Positions 1 through 11,720 of a stretch of 63,982 bases of DNA are shown in pieces. Position 1 is the stretch's first letter. Every line of letters starts with the position of its first letter. Made by a program: the position numbers and the translations under genes. The notes under the pieces are model-generated. The model searched no databases. It was not told the origin of the DNA and was given only the letters and a program-made list of their open reading frames with translations. The DNA is from Zygnema circumcarinatum SAG 698-1b (Eukaryota > Plantae > Zygnematophyceae). The DNA is taken from NCBI GenBank assembly GCA_037447605.1, contig CM074812.1, forward strand, positions 1,240,001 through 1,303,982, in the 5' to 3' direction.

Positions 1-263
1 TGCCGCTCTCGCAGGAGTCGCTCTACCCGCGAGGAGGAGAGGGACGCGTTGAGCCGCGCATTGGGCGACTTCACGTCCAAATCGGGGGGGGCGTCGTCGG
101 AGAAGGAGGCGCCGCGGGAGGGAGCGAGAAAGCCCGCCTTGGTCCCGAGCTCGGACGGAGTGGAGAGAGAGAATCTGCGGCGCCGGCCTGAGCCTGCCTC
201 CCCATCGTCCCACTCCCGGTTGCCTCTCTCGGCAGGCGGCTTGATGGTGAGAGGGTACGGCAT
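1..263 (-). CDS. TPS1: 5' part of class I trehalose-6-phosphate synthase (TPS1-like); truncated by the window edge
   Basis: An open frame from ATG at 263 runs to position 1 without a stop: MPYPLTIKPPAERGNREWDDGEAGSGRRRRFSLSTPSELGTKAGFLAPSRGASFSDDAPPDLDVKSPNARLNASLSSSRVERLLRER(Q). The end matches the N-terminal motif of plant class I TPS as I recall it (Selaginella TPS1 SLASSRVERLVRERQ; Arabidopsis TPS1 SRTERLLRDRE). It is missing from the supplied ORF track because it has no stop inside the window. The catalytic domain lies outside the window. Confidence 0.75.
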   Translation of the reverse strand, partial: MPYPLTIKPPAERGNREWDDGEAGSGRRRRFSLSTPSELGTKAGFLAPSRGASFSDDAPPDLDVKSPNARLNASLSSSRVERLLRER

Positions 264-384
264 GCATGCGCTCAGGCAGCCGCAGGGCTGCCCTCCCTCC
301 CTCCCTCCCTCTCCCTCCCTCTCTCTGCTCAAAGCCCCTCTATTTGGACCGCCCTGCCTTCCTGCAACTCTCCCTGCAGGACCC

Positions 385-440
385 TCGCCCTACCCCTACC
401 CCTAACCCTAACCCAATCCTAAGCCCTAGCCCTAGCCTTA
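385..440 (+). repeat. Short degenerate CCCTA(A/G) telomere-like repeats in the TPS1 5' region
   Basis: taccccta-ccccta-accctaacccaatcctaagccctagccctagcc. A similar tagggttagggttaggg run lies at about 2016-2035 in TPP-1 intron 1. Confidence 0.55.
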
Positions 441-778
441 GAGGGAGCTGCAGGCCTCTAGAGCGCCATGCCGAGCTCGCCCCTCCATGGCTGCTTGCAT
501 GCAGAGAGAGAGGGTGAAGCTTGGCAGGGGCGGGCCAAGGAGAGGGGGAAGGCGCCCTGCTCGGTCCACCCCCTTGAGCGATATGGGCACCATCTGGGCG
601 CAACTTACACACCCTATCCAGAGGCGGGCGCAAGCGTGACAGGGATAGGCGCACGCACAAAACGGTACGAGTGAATACGGAAATGTACGAATGAGCTAGG
701 GCCTATGGCAGATCAAAATAGTGATTTGTCGGACCGAATCTTGGATCGGCCAATGGGAAGATAGGCGTCCTCATTGGG

Positions 779-1455
779 CCACGTGGCAGGAAAAAGATTC
801 TGTATACGGCAGAATATCGCGATCCGAGGGAAAATTTCAACGAAGTGAGCGAAGCTAAAAAAAATATCATGTTTGACGAAAATAATAGCTGGAGAGAAAC
901 AAGTTTGAGTTTATCACGGACTGCGATTGGATGAGGGAAGTCGATTTCGCGCCGGTCAGCTCGCTCGCTACTTCAAAAAAATAAACATTTGAACGGAAAA
1001 TAAATCGCTTGTCTTGGGGCAGCTTCCAGGCAAGTGTGGCCGCATCTGGTGACGTCATCCAGGAATATCTGTTCCGTAGACAGGAATGATTGCTTCGTAC
1101 AGAGAGTCTCTTCATGACGACAAATCTGAGATTCAGAAAACTCAGCATAACTTGATGGCGGCCTCTGATTAGTTCATTAAAGATTCGGTCACCAATATTC
1201 AAGATCTAGTCGCTTGCTATGATTAAGGAAGTCCTTAATCCCCTGACCGAATCTAGGAAAGGATCTGCGACCAGGAAAATGGACAGAAGAAAACGAACTT
1301 TTTTCACGTAAAACAATCAAAACGAGTACTCCATCCATAATAGTACTCCTTCTATAATATTACCAGAGTATCTTCCAGTTCGATTTCAGCAAGTCTGACA
1401 GGCCGCTAAGGGCACAAGCACCTCAAAAATGTAACGAATCACGTGTCGCCACGTG
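779..1455. promoter_or_regulatory. G-box/ABRE-like elements in the TPS1-TPP divergent promoter
   Basis: CCACGTGG at 779-786; tandem CACGTG at 1440-1445 and 1450-1455. The motifs are present; function is inferred. Confidence 0.45.
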
Positions 1456-1696
1456 AATTTATCCATGTACAACTGATTTGAACACAATCTACACTGGATT
1501 CTCTTGCAAGTCATCTCGGCCCCTGATTGGTGGATGTTAGATTCACACGTATCTCACTTTTGGTCCGTTCGCCAAGATTCTCCTATAGTCTCCGTACAGT
1601 CCCCCCCCGGCCTCCCTACGGGGGGCCTTCTTCCTGGCCCCGACCTCCGCTCCTCTCCGAGGTCCTCCCTCTCCGCCATGGCTCAGCCTGCCCGCC

Positions 1697-4600
1697 ATGG
1701 CGGCGCCCGCCCGCCGCCTGCGCCACGTGTCTGCCTGTAGAGCCTCCAGCCTGCCGCCTTCCCGCCCGCCCGCCCGTATCCCCGGGCGAAAGGCGGGTCG
1801 AGTGGCGGACGCGGCCATGGCCGGCGAGGCGCGGCTGAACGCGTTCCCGGCAGCCGCCGCCGGCAGCTCCAACTGCTTAGCGGCTATGAGGGCTCTGTCA
1901 CCGCCTAGGGCTGACATGGCAGGTGAGGATGCAGATCTGTACGGAGAGGACGCCGTGGTGGCGCAGTATCGAGCTTGGACGGTGCGCTCCTAGACCTCCC
2001 CGGGTGTGCCGGCAGGGCTAGGGTTAGGGTTAGGGCTTGCAGGGAAGGGATCAGGAGGAGGGGGGGGGATGCAGGATGGAGGGAAGGAATTGCCTATCAA
2101 ATCTGGAACTCCATGGCGAGATTTGCACTGTTTGGACGTGGCAAGCGTCTGAAAGGGAGAGGTTCAGCGGATGATGGCATGGGGGAGGCGTCATTGCTGC
2201 ATGGACAAGTGGATGCATCGCGTCATTTTAGAGAGCCGACTATGCCCTTGGAAAAGCAGATTTGGAGTTGTTAATCCTCCTGCAGCAATGATAAGATATG
2301 CTGCTTCTGAGACTGATTTGAAAAATAAATTCATAGATTCGGTCGGCCTGTTCCTTTCCATTGTCCGAAACCTAAGCCTCAGCAGACTAAGGTGTCAGCC
2401 GATGCGAAGTAGGCGAATTCTGTGACGCCTCGTTCAAAAGCAACTTGAGATCTGCATGGTTTGAAAGGAACTAGAACTGCCGCCTACCTTTGTGGGCATG
2501 AATCCCTCATTGGATAATGAATTAGCGGCCAACTTTCACCTTATAAGGTGGGACTCTTGAAAGAGTCCACCTGATTTAGACTTAGAAATATGCACTGAAT
2601 ACAATCTACCTCTAAAGATTTGCAGCGTGCCTTATTGGCTCAAATGATGTTTCTTTGCCGCTAAGCCTTCTTGTCCGTGAATCCCCCCCTGTACACCTGA
2701 TCCTCCATTTTGTGATTTCATTGGAGGTATCCAAATATATGGATACTTCTGCATGGTTTCGTGCGCTTTGGTGCTCAGGAATGTCTATCCAGTAGTGAGT
2801 TTTTCACTTTTCCATTCGATTTTTGATCGTCGAAGCCAACATTCATTCCGTCGAGATATTTTTTTTAATAGTTTCAGAAATCGGTTTTCGGTTTTCGGCT
2901 TTCAGGCTTCCAAGAATCACCAATCTGTATGAAGCGCCTTCTATTTTTTGATTTCTGACTGCTGGAGTGCCTATGCACTGAATCTTGAATTGAAGCAAAT
3001 TTTTGGTCTGTGAAAAACGCATTCACATGGTGCAGGCGGAGCATCCATCGGCAATTGACAGCTTCGAAAGGTTGATGGAATTGGCGGAGGGGAAAAAAGT
3101 GGCAGTGTTTTTGGACTATGATGGCACGCTTTCGCCCATCGTGGAAGACCCCGACAAAGCATTCATGTCCGAGGCAGTAAGTGCAGGCCTGCTTAGAAGT
3201 TTGTCCTTTTGCTGGACTGGAATACTGTGTTGGAATATGTTCTGATTCCAAGGAATTGCAAAAGTATACAATGTAGGGTGGTAGGGTTGGTTGAATTAGC
3301 GCTCTATGTGGGGGGCGGGGAAGGTTAGGTCTGTTGGACGACTGACTCCTTGACTGTGCTCTTGCAGATGCGAGAGGTTGTGAAGAAAATTGCGCTGCAT
3401 TTTCCAACAGCGATCATCAGTGGGAGAGGGCGGGAGAAGGTTAGTCGTTTTTTGACAGGAGGGAACAATTGAAGGAGAAGTACGAGAAGAAGCTGCTTAC
3501 CGTAAATCTACACTATGCGTACACTTTCAATCGAATTGAACTGTCAAAATAAACTCGATCATTAACTTCAACTTTGCACTCGAAGGGGTGCTATTGCTTT
3601 CAGCTGAAAATTTGAATTTGTTCTTTGATTGATTTAAGTGTTCCTGATGTTCACCCCCACGTTCGGATTCCAGCTAATTGCACCTCAAGATTCAGACAAC
3701 TGACCTATTGTCCAGTTAAACCGGGGACCGTACAACTTTTTCTTTTAAAACTCGTGTCATCTGTGGACCAAGAAAAACGATTTGAACAGAAAAAAAAAAG
3801 AAATTTTCAAATTGAAATTCATTCCGTCTTGTCTCGAATAGTTTCAGAATTGAATGTGATTGAACTTGCAGGTCTACGACTTCGTGCGGCTCTCGGAACT
3901 TTATTATGCTGGCAGTCATGGGATGGATATTAGTGGGCCAGCCACTCGTGCAGGTCTGCATGGAGGGCCGACTCTGAACGGAACAGCTACATGTAGCACA
4001 AATAACGAGGTATTTTCCTTATGGGCTGCCGCAAGCATTGTCCACTAGCTGACCCACTAACTGCTTTTCATGGTATCTGATTCAATTAATTCAATCAATC
4101 AATCAATTCAATATCAATATTCATCAATATTCAGTATCAATTTTCTTTGATCCGAGGATACTGATGCTTGAGATGGCGGCGTGGGGACTGGAGGAGTGTG
4201 CGGTTTGATCTGTGCTTTGGCAGGGAAATGCAATCACCCTTTTCCAGCCTGCTAGCGAGTTCTACCCAGTCATGAATGAGGTAGCTGCCTCTCCCTCACT
4301 GGCATGCAGTCTTTCGCTGCTCTGTGGTTTCTATCTGAATAACAGAAGCCCCTGAGGTGGCAACTGTTTCGTCGTTGAGGTAAGGCCATAAACGTTTCTT
4401 GTTCTTGATACTGAGTGATGTGCAGGTGTATGAGCGACTTAGAGCACAAGCAAAGCATGTGGAAGGAGCCTTGGTGGAGAACAACAAGTTTTGCATTACT
4501 GTGCACTTTCGACGGGTCCGAGAAGAGGTCTGCTGCACTCTCGAATCTGCTTTCCAGATTGACAGCGCTTTCTTTAGTTTGCTTTCAATTCTTTAGGGTA

Positions 4601-6152
4601 CTTCATGGCAATCCCGTCTACCACTTTTTGTCGATGTAAAGCTTAATAATAATGCTTATACATCATACTTGCTCCTTTATACCGTTCACTCCCTTGAACC
4701 TGGCAATCACATTTTTCATATCAGGCTACTATTTTTGCATGTTCTGTTCAGAGGTGGGAGGCCCTGGCGGATATCGTATCGGGAGTGTTGAATGATTATC
4801 CAAAGCTGCGCACAACACATGGGCGGAAGGTGCGTCTTTTGTAGCAATACATTGTCAAAATACTATCCAAACCTAAAGCAGAAACTTTTCGTTTCATAAA
4901 GCCTAGCTGGGAGGGTGTGATTGGTTGGCTTCAAATGGGAAGTTTGAGTCCTACTCTTCACATGCAGGTGTTAGAAGTGCGACCGGCAGTCGATTGGAAC
5001 AAGGGAAAGGCTTTGGCTTATCTTCTTTCTGCTCTTGGTAAGAGCATTTCTGAAGCACAATGTCGTCAGTTGGGGTCTGTTGAACAGCAGTAATCTGCAG
5101 GTTACTCTCAGAGTGCAAGTTTAGGAGTTATGTCTATGGACTCAGTTACGCTACACGACTCGGAAGTTGATGCTAGGGTAAGTGCAAGAGTGATAGGAAG
5201 ATGCAAATAAGGAAGAATGAGTTTAGTCAAACCGATCGTCCCTTCGTTTGTTGTGATTGAGAGGTCTCATTTTGAACCTCGATGGATCGGATGGCCAGGG
5301 CTAGAGAAAGGTGACGAAGTGTTACCTCTCTACATTGGAGATGACCGCACAGATGAGGATGCGTTTTCTGTAAGCCCCCCCACTCATAAAGTCAATAATG
5401 TGTTATGCAACGCTAATGGCAGTACAGCAATTAAGTTAAAAGTTCGCATTCCGTGGAGTCGCTGCTGGAACGAGGCAAGCGCTAATCTCGAAGCATTGAT
5501 ATCGTTTTTGTTGACGAGAAAGTTGAAGCTAAGTGAATGTTAGGACAGGAGGCTTTTTGAAGCAGGCCTAGAAAGCAGTGCGTGGAGCGTAGAGGGCTCC
5601 CTACGGAGCAAGGTCTGAATGGTAGTAAGAAGGAAAACAAGTTCAGGCTTTACTCCAGCAGATCTGAAGGAGCTGTGAGATGAGGAGTGATTGGTGCAGG
5701 TTTTGAAAGACCGTGGCATGGGTTGTGGCATATTAGTTTCCACAACTGTTAAAGTCACACGCGCATCCTATTCACTTCGGGATCCTTCTGAGGTGGGTTA
5801 TGGCACAATCAATCGCCACCTTTACTCTGGTTTGTTCTTCTACTCGTTGCTGTGCAGTCTGCTCAAGTAAGTCAGGAATAATTTGTCTGAGTTCTATGGC
5901 TCCCTATGGCCCTCTCTGTCTCGAGTGTTGAATTCTCCTTGTCTACGCATAGGCTAAATAATTTGGTGAAGACACCGGAAATGGAGTTTCTGAAATTATA
6001 AAACTGGTCTTCAACTGAAGCCCTTTGAGTGGCCTATATTTGCAAAATGTTTCCTAATCAGGCGCACTGACTGTTTATGGCAGGTAATGACCTTTTTGAA
6101 GAAGCTTGTGAATTGGAGAGATGCCCAGCTAAAGCAAAATAGGAGCGATTGA
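1697..6152 (+). CDS. TPP: Trehalose-6-phosphate phosphatase, copy 1 (11 exons; 351 aa from ATG 1817, 391 aa from ATG 1697)
   Basis: GT-AG exons in phase: 1697/1817-1981, 3036-3176, 3368-3439, 3872-4009, 4224-4280, 4426-4527, 4752-4829, 4968-5037, 5299-5369, 5700-5792, 6084-6152. Plant TPP motifs: [13 protein letters not shown] (HAD motif I), [76 protein letters not shown]. Confidence 0.95.
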
Positions 6153-7520
6153 GCCTGGCGGGTTCCGGCGCTGCACTTCCTGTGCAGCTGCGCGATTGGC
6201 CCTCTCTTGCCATAAACACAGAGGAGCACTTCCTCTCCCTCTCCCTCTTCTTCCTGCCTTCCGTCAGGCTGGCGACCCAAGGGCCGTCAAATTGGTTATC
6301 ATATGTTGTTTAACTTAGTTAGACTGGGACGGAGACGTGGCCCAGGCTCCTCCGGGAACACCAAGCAAAGTGTTCCCACGTGGTTATTTGCTCTTGCTAT
6401 TCCGCCTAGCGCCCTGAATACTATCCAGAGTTCTGGAGAAGTTCTTGGCAGACTGATAGAAGCAGCTGACCGGGCAGGACCCTTTAAATTGGTCCTCCTT
6501 TTCTCAAAGCCTTTTGAGCAGGGGTTGAGGGGGGAGTGCGAAAGTGTTGTAGTCGGAATGATCAGGCCATCCGCGGTCCAGGCTGAGGCTCAGCCAGCCC
6601 TGTTGCTGGTGAATGCGAGGAAGTTGAGAGCTCGGGAAGGTCCGGCACCTCCTCGTGGAAAGGACGCCTGCTTCTTGTGTACTCGCGGATTGAGCCGTTT
6701 GATGTGCCACGTTTTACACGCAAAGCGCTACAAAACTCCCGCTACTGAGAACAGATCAAATTGCATATGAAGAGTCAGCCTCGGCAGGATGCTCGTGATG
6801 GCGTGGACGGAGAGCAGCAATTCAAAGCAAAGCAACTGCAACCAGAGGAATTCACGACCCTCGATTTCATTGCAGCCATCAGACTGCCGAATGGACATTC
6901 CAGCAAGAAAGCGTCGAGTACAAAAGCCCAGACGCATCTCTCCCTCTGAAGGAGCCAGGATTGAGAGAGAACCTTGTCCTCGCCCTCACAAGCTATAGTG
7001 AGTGGACGGCTGTTAAGCCCTCCAACCTAAGGAGGGCCATACTTAAGTTCTTGCTTCATTCTACCACGAGGAACACCATAGCTCCCGCTCCACTCCATCC
7101 ATCCCTCCGCTTCCCTCCCCTTCCTCCTCCCCCCTTCCCTCCCTCCCTCCCCCCCATCCCTCTCCTCCATCCGTCCCTCCCACCCGCCCCTTCCCGCCCT
7201 CCCTCCTTCCTCCCTCCCTCCCTCTCTCCCTCTCTCCCGATCTCGAGCCTCAGCCTCAGCTGCTTCCACCTCACAAGGCATGATCGTGCGAACTACAGCA
7301 CAATTCTCCCCAAAACCCGAATACTTTACAGAAAACATTGAGAAACAAGAGGACGAGCAAAAGGGTCCCGCATGGTAAGCTGCTACTGTCATCTTTCCCA
7401 AAGCATTCTTAGGGAAAAGTGACGGAAGGTAGGAAGAAGAGGGAGATACAGCGCTCGTTGTGCAGGGAAAGAGAGGGGCAGTCGTGCAGCTGCACAGATA
7501 GAGCAGACCCCCAGCCAGGC

Positions 7521-10500
7521 TCAACCGCTCTTCTGCTGTGCCACTCTCCAATTCACGAGCTTCTTCAAGAACGTCATTACCTGCCATAAACAATCAGTGC
7601 GCCTGATTAGGAAACATTTTGCAAATATAGGCCACTCAAAGGACTTCAGTTGAAGACCAGTTTTATAATTTCAGACTCCATGTCCGGTTTCTTCACCATA
7701 TCAATTGCCTTATGCGTAGAAAAGGAGCAATCAACACTCGAGACAGAGAGGGCCATAGGGAGCCACAGAACTCAATTATTCCTGACTTACTTGAGCAGAC
7801 TGCACAGCAACGAGTAGACGAACAAACCAGAGTGAAGGTGGCGATTGATTGTGCCATAACCCACCTCAGAAGGATCCCGAAGTGAATAGGATGCGCGTGT
7901 GATTTTAGCAGTTGTGGAAACCAATATGCCACAACCCATGCCGCGCTCTTTCAAAACCTGCACCAAGGATTCCCGCCAATCACTCCTCATCTCATAGCTT
8001 CTTCAGATCTGCTGCAGTAAAGCCTGAACTTGTTTTCCTTCTTACTACCATTCAGACCTTGCTCCGTAGGGAGCCCTCTACGCCCCACGCACTGCTTTCT
8101 AGGGTGTGAATGCTTCTAGATAGCACTTGCCTTACAGAAAACCTCCTTTCCGGCAGCTCCTCCATGGACTGCTAATTTCTTAACTTAATCAATGTACCGC
8201 CATTAGCGTTGCATGACACATTATTGTCTTTATGAGTGGGGGAGCTTACAGAAAACGCATCCTCATCTGTGCGGTCATCTCCAATGTAGAGAGGTAACAC
8301 TTCGTCACCTTTCTCTAGCCCTGGCCATCCGATCCATCGAGGTTCAAAATGAGACCTCTCAATCACAACAAACGAAGGGACGATCGGTTTGACTAAACTC
8401 ATTCTTCCTTATTTGCATCTTCCTATCACTCTTGCACTTACCCTAGCATCAACTTCCGAGTCGTGTAGCGTAACTGAGTCCATAGACATAACTCCTAAAC
8501 CTGCACTCTGAGAGTAACCTGCAGATTACTGCTATTCAACTGACCCCAACTGACGACATTGTGCTTCAGAAATGCTCTTACCAAGAGCAGAAAGAAGATA
8601 AGCCAAAGCCTTTCCCTTGTTCCAATCGACTGCCGGTCGCACTTCTAACACCTGCATGTGAAGAGTAGGACTCAAACTTCCCATTTGAAGCCAACCAATC
8701 ACACCCTCCCAGCTAGGCTTTATGAAACGAAAAGTTTCTGCTTTAGGTTTGGATAGTACTTTGACAATGTATTGCTACAAACGACGCACCTTCCGCCCAT
8801 GTGTTGTGCGCAGCTTTGGATAATCATTCAACACTCCCGATACGATATCCGCCAGGGCCTCCCACCTCTGAACAGAACATGCAAAAAGACTAGCCTGATA
8901 TGAAAAATGTGATTGCCAGGTTCAAGGGAGTGAACGGTATAAAGGAGCAAGTATGATGTATAAGCATTATTATTAAGCTTTACATCGACAAAAAGTGGTA
9001 GACGGGATTGCCATGAAGTACCCTAAAGAATTGAAAGCAAACTAAAGAAAGCGCTGTCAATCTGGAAAGCAGATTCGAGAGTGCAGCAGACCTCTTCTCG
9101 GACCCGTCGAAAGTGCACAGTAATGCAAAACTTGTTGTTCTCCACCAAGGCTCCTTCCACATGCTTTGCTTGTGCTCTAAGTCGCTCATACACCTGCACA
9201 TCACTCAGTATCAAGAACAAGAAACGTTTATGGCCTTACCTCAACGACGAAACAGTTGCCACCTCAGGGGCTTCTGTTATTCAGATAGAAACCACAGAGC
9301 AGCGAAAGACTGCATGCCAGTGAGGGAGAGGCAGCTACCTCATTCATGACTGGGTAGAACTCGCTAGCCGGCTGGAAAAGGGTGATTGCATTTCCCTGCC
9401 AAAGCACAGATCAAACCGCACACTCCTCCAGTCCCCACGCCGCCATCTCAAGCATCAGTATCCTCGGATCAAAGAAAATTTGAACAGCAATCAGATACCA
9501 TGAAAAACAGCTTGTGGGTCAGAGTGGACAATGCTTGCGGCAGCCCATAAGGAAAATACCTCGTTATTGGTGCTACATGAAGCTGTTCCGTTCAGTGTCG
9601 GCCCTCCATGCAGACCTGCACCAGTGGCTGGGCCCATAATATCCATCCCATGACTGCCAGCATAATAAAGTTCCGAGAGCCGCACGAAGTCGTAAACCTG
9701 CAAATTCAATCACATTCAATTCTGAAACTATTCGAGACAAGACTGGAATGAATTTCAATTTGAAAATATCTTGTTTTTTCTGTTCAAATCGTTTTTCTTG
9801 GATGACATGAGTGGTAAAAGAAAAAAGCTGTACGGTCCCCGGTTTAACTGGACAATGGGTCAGTTAAATCCATTGTCTGAACCTTGAGGTGCAATTAGCT
9901 GGGATCCGAACGTGGGGGTGAACATCAGGAACACTTGAAACAATTTTAAGAACAAGTTCAAATGTTCAGCTGAAAACAATAGCACCCCTTCGAGTGCAAA
10001 GTTGAAGTTAATGATCGAGTTTATTTTGACAGTTCAATTCGATTGAAAGTGTACGCATAGTGTAGATTTACGGTAAGCAGCTTCTTCTCGTACTTCTCCT
10101 TCAATTGTTCCCTCCTGTCAAAAAACGACTAACCTTCTCCCGCCCTCTCCCACTGATGATCGCTGTTGGAAAATGCAGCGCAATTTTCTTCACAACCTCT
10201 CGCATCTGCAAGAGCACAGTCAAGGAGTCAGTCGTCCAACAGACCTAACCTTCCCCGCCCCCCACATAGAGCGCTAATTCAACCAACCCTACCACCCTAC
10301 ATTGTATACTTTTGCAATTCCTTGGAATCAGAACATATTCCAACACAGTATTCCAGTCCAGCAAAAGGACAAACTTCTAAGCAGGCCTGCACTTACTGCC
10401 TCGGACATGAATGCTTTGTCGGGGTCTTCCACGATGGGCGAAAGCGTGCCATCATAGTCCAAAAACACTGCCACTTTTTTCCCATCCGCCAATTCCATCA

Positions 10501-11720
10501 ACCTTTCGAAGCTGTCAATTGCCGATGGATGCTCCGCCTGCACCATGTGAATGCATTTTTCACAGACCAAAAACTTGCTTCAATTCAAGATTCAGTGCAT
10601 AGGCACTCCAGCAGTCAAAAATCAAAAAACAGAAGGCGCTTCATTCAGATTGGGGATTCTTGGAAGCCTGAAAGCCGAAAACCGACTTCTGAAACTATTA
10701 AAAAAAATCTCCCGACAGAATGAATGTTGCTTCAATGATCAAAAATCGAATGGAAAAGTGAAAAACTCCACTACTGGATAGGCATTTCTGAGCTCCCGAG
10801 AACACTTAATAGCATGGTTAAGAGTCCATGTATTTCTGATTTACAGGAATGCATGGATACTTCCAGTGAAATCAGCATGAGCATTTCCTTCAAGAAAATA
10901 TGACAACGGAGTCACGGACACCAAGGCTCCGTGGCAAGAAACATCACTTGAAGCCATTGAGGACGCTGCAAATCCTTTTAGCTGAATAGTATTTGGTGCA
11001 CATTTCTAAGTTTGAGTTAGGCGAACTCTTCCAAGTGAAAGAGGACCTCCTAATACTGTGAATGCTGGTCGCTGAGTCACTATTCAATGGGTGAACACTG
11101 CCCACAGAGGAAAGCAGCAGTTCTTGCTCCTTCCAAACCATCTCGAATCTCGAATGTTGCTTCAACGCGGCGTTGAAGAAAACCCCTAGCTTATTGCGGC
11201 TCCTTGGTCTGCTGAAGCTCAGGAAGCAGATAATTGAAATCGAATAGACTGACTGAAACGGTGAAAGTCCTTTCAAATCAGTCCCAGAAACAGCATATCG
11301 TGTCAATGCTGCTGGTGGATTAACAACTGCAGCACAGCAAGCGCATAATCGACTTCCAAACTTGATGCGCGTATCCGCTGCTTAGCCCCTTCCCACTGGT
11401 CATCCACCGTAACTCTCCCTTTCAGACGCTCCCAGCGTCCACATATTGCAGAATGTTTTGGATAGGTTCCAAATTGAACCAAACAGCACATCAACTTCTC
11501 CCAACCCTAACTCTTCCGCCACACACTCCCCCCTTGGGAGGTTCAGGATCCCGACCTTCCAAGTTCGGTACTGTGCCTCCATGGCTTCCTCCCCGTACAG
11601 ATCCACGTCCTCATCTGCCACGTCCGCCCTAGGCGGCGACTGCGCCCTCATCGCTTCCAAGCAATTGAGGCTGTCGTTGTGCGCCAGCGGGAAGGCGTTT
11701 AGCCGCGCCTCCCCGGCCAT
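7521..11720 (-). CDS. TPP: Trehalose-6-phosphate phosphatase, copy 2 (11 exons, 348 aa); inverted duplicate of copy 1
   Basis: Exons (minus): 11720-11556, 10537-10397, 10205-10134, 9697-9560, 9395-9339, 9193-9092, 8867-8790, 8651-8582, 8320-8250, 7957-7865, 7580-7521. Exon lengths equal those of copy 1 except the last, and the same catalytic motifs are present. Confidence 0.95.

Noticed and set aside
49-674. Plus-strand and other ORFs listed at the left edge
   Set aside because: Antisense or leader of the TPS1-like frame; low-complexity and without motifs.
867-1202. 111-aa ORF in the TPS-TPP intergenic region
   Set aside because: No recognisable motif or splice support.
1326-1350. tactccatcc..tagtactcc, resembling a Stowaway MITE terminus
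   Set aside because: Too short; no matching second TIR or element body.
468-1710. Shared ARHG peptide in the TPS1 and TPP-1 uORFs
   Set aside because: Explained by an embedded CATGGC start context (encoding HG) in GC-rich leaders; too weak to claim a conserved peptide.
6270-7420. ORFs in the spacer between the TPP copies (e.g. 6303-6770, 6761-6949)
   Set aside because: No homology recognised and no coherent exon chain; probably 3' UTR or intergenic, though a small gene cannot be excluded.
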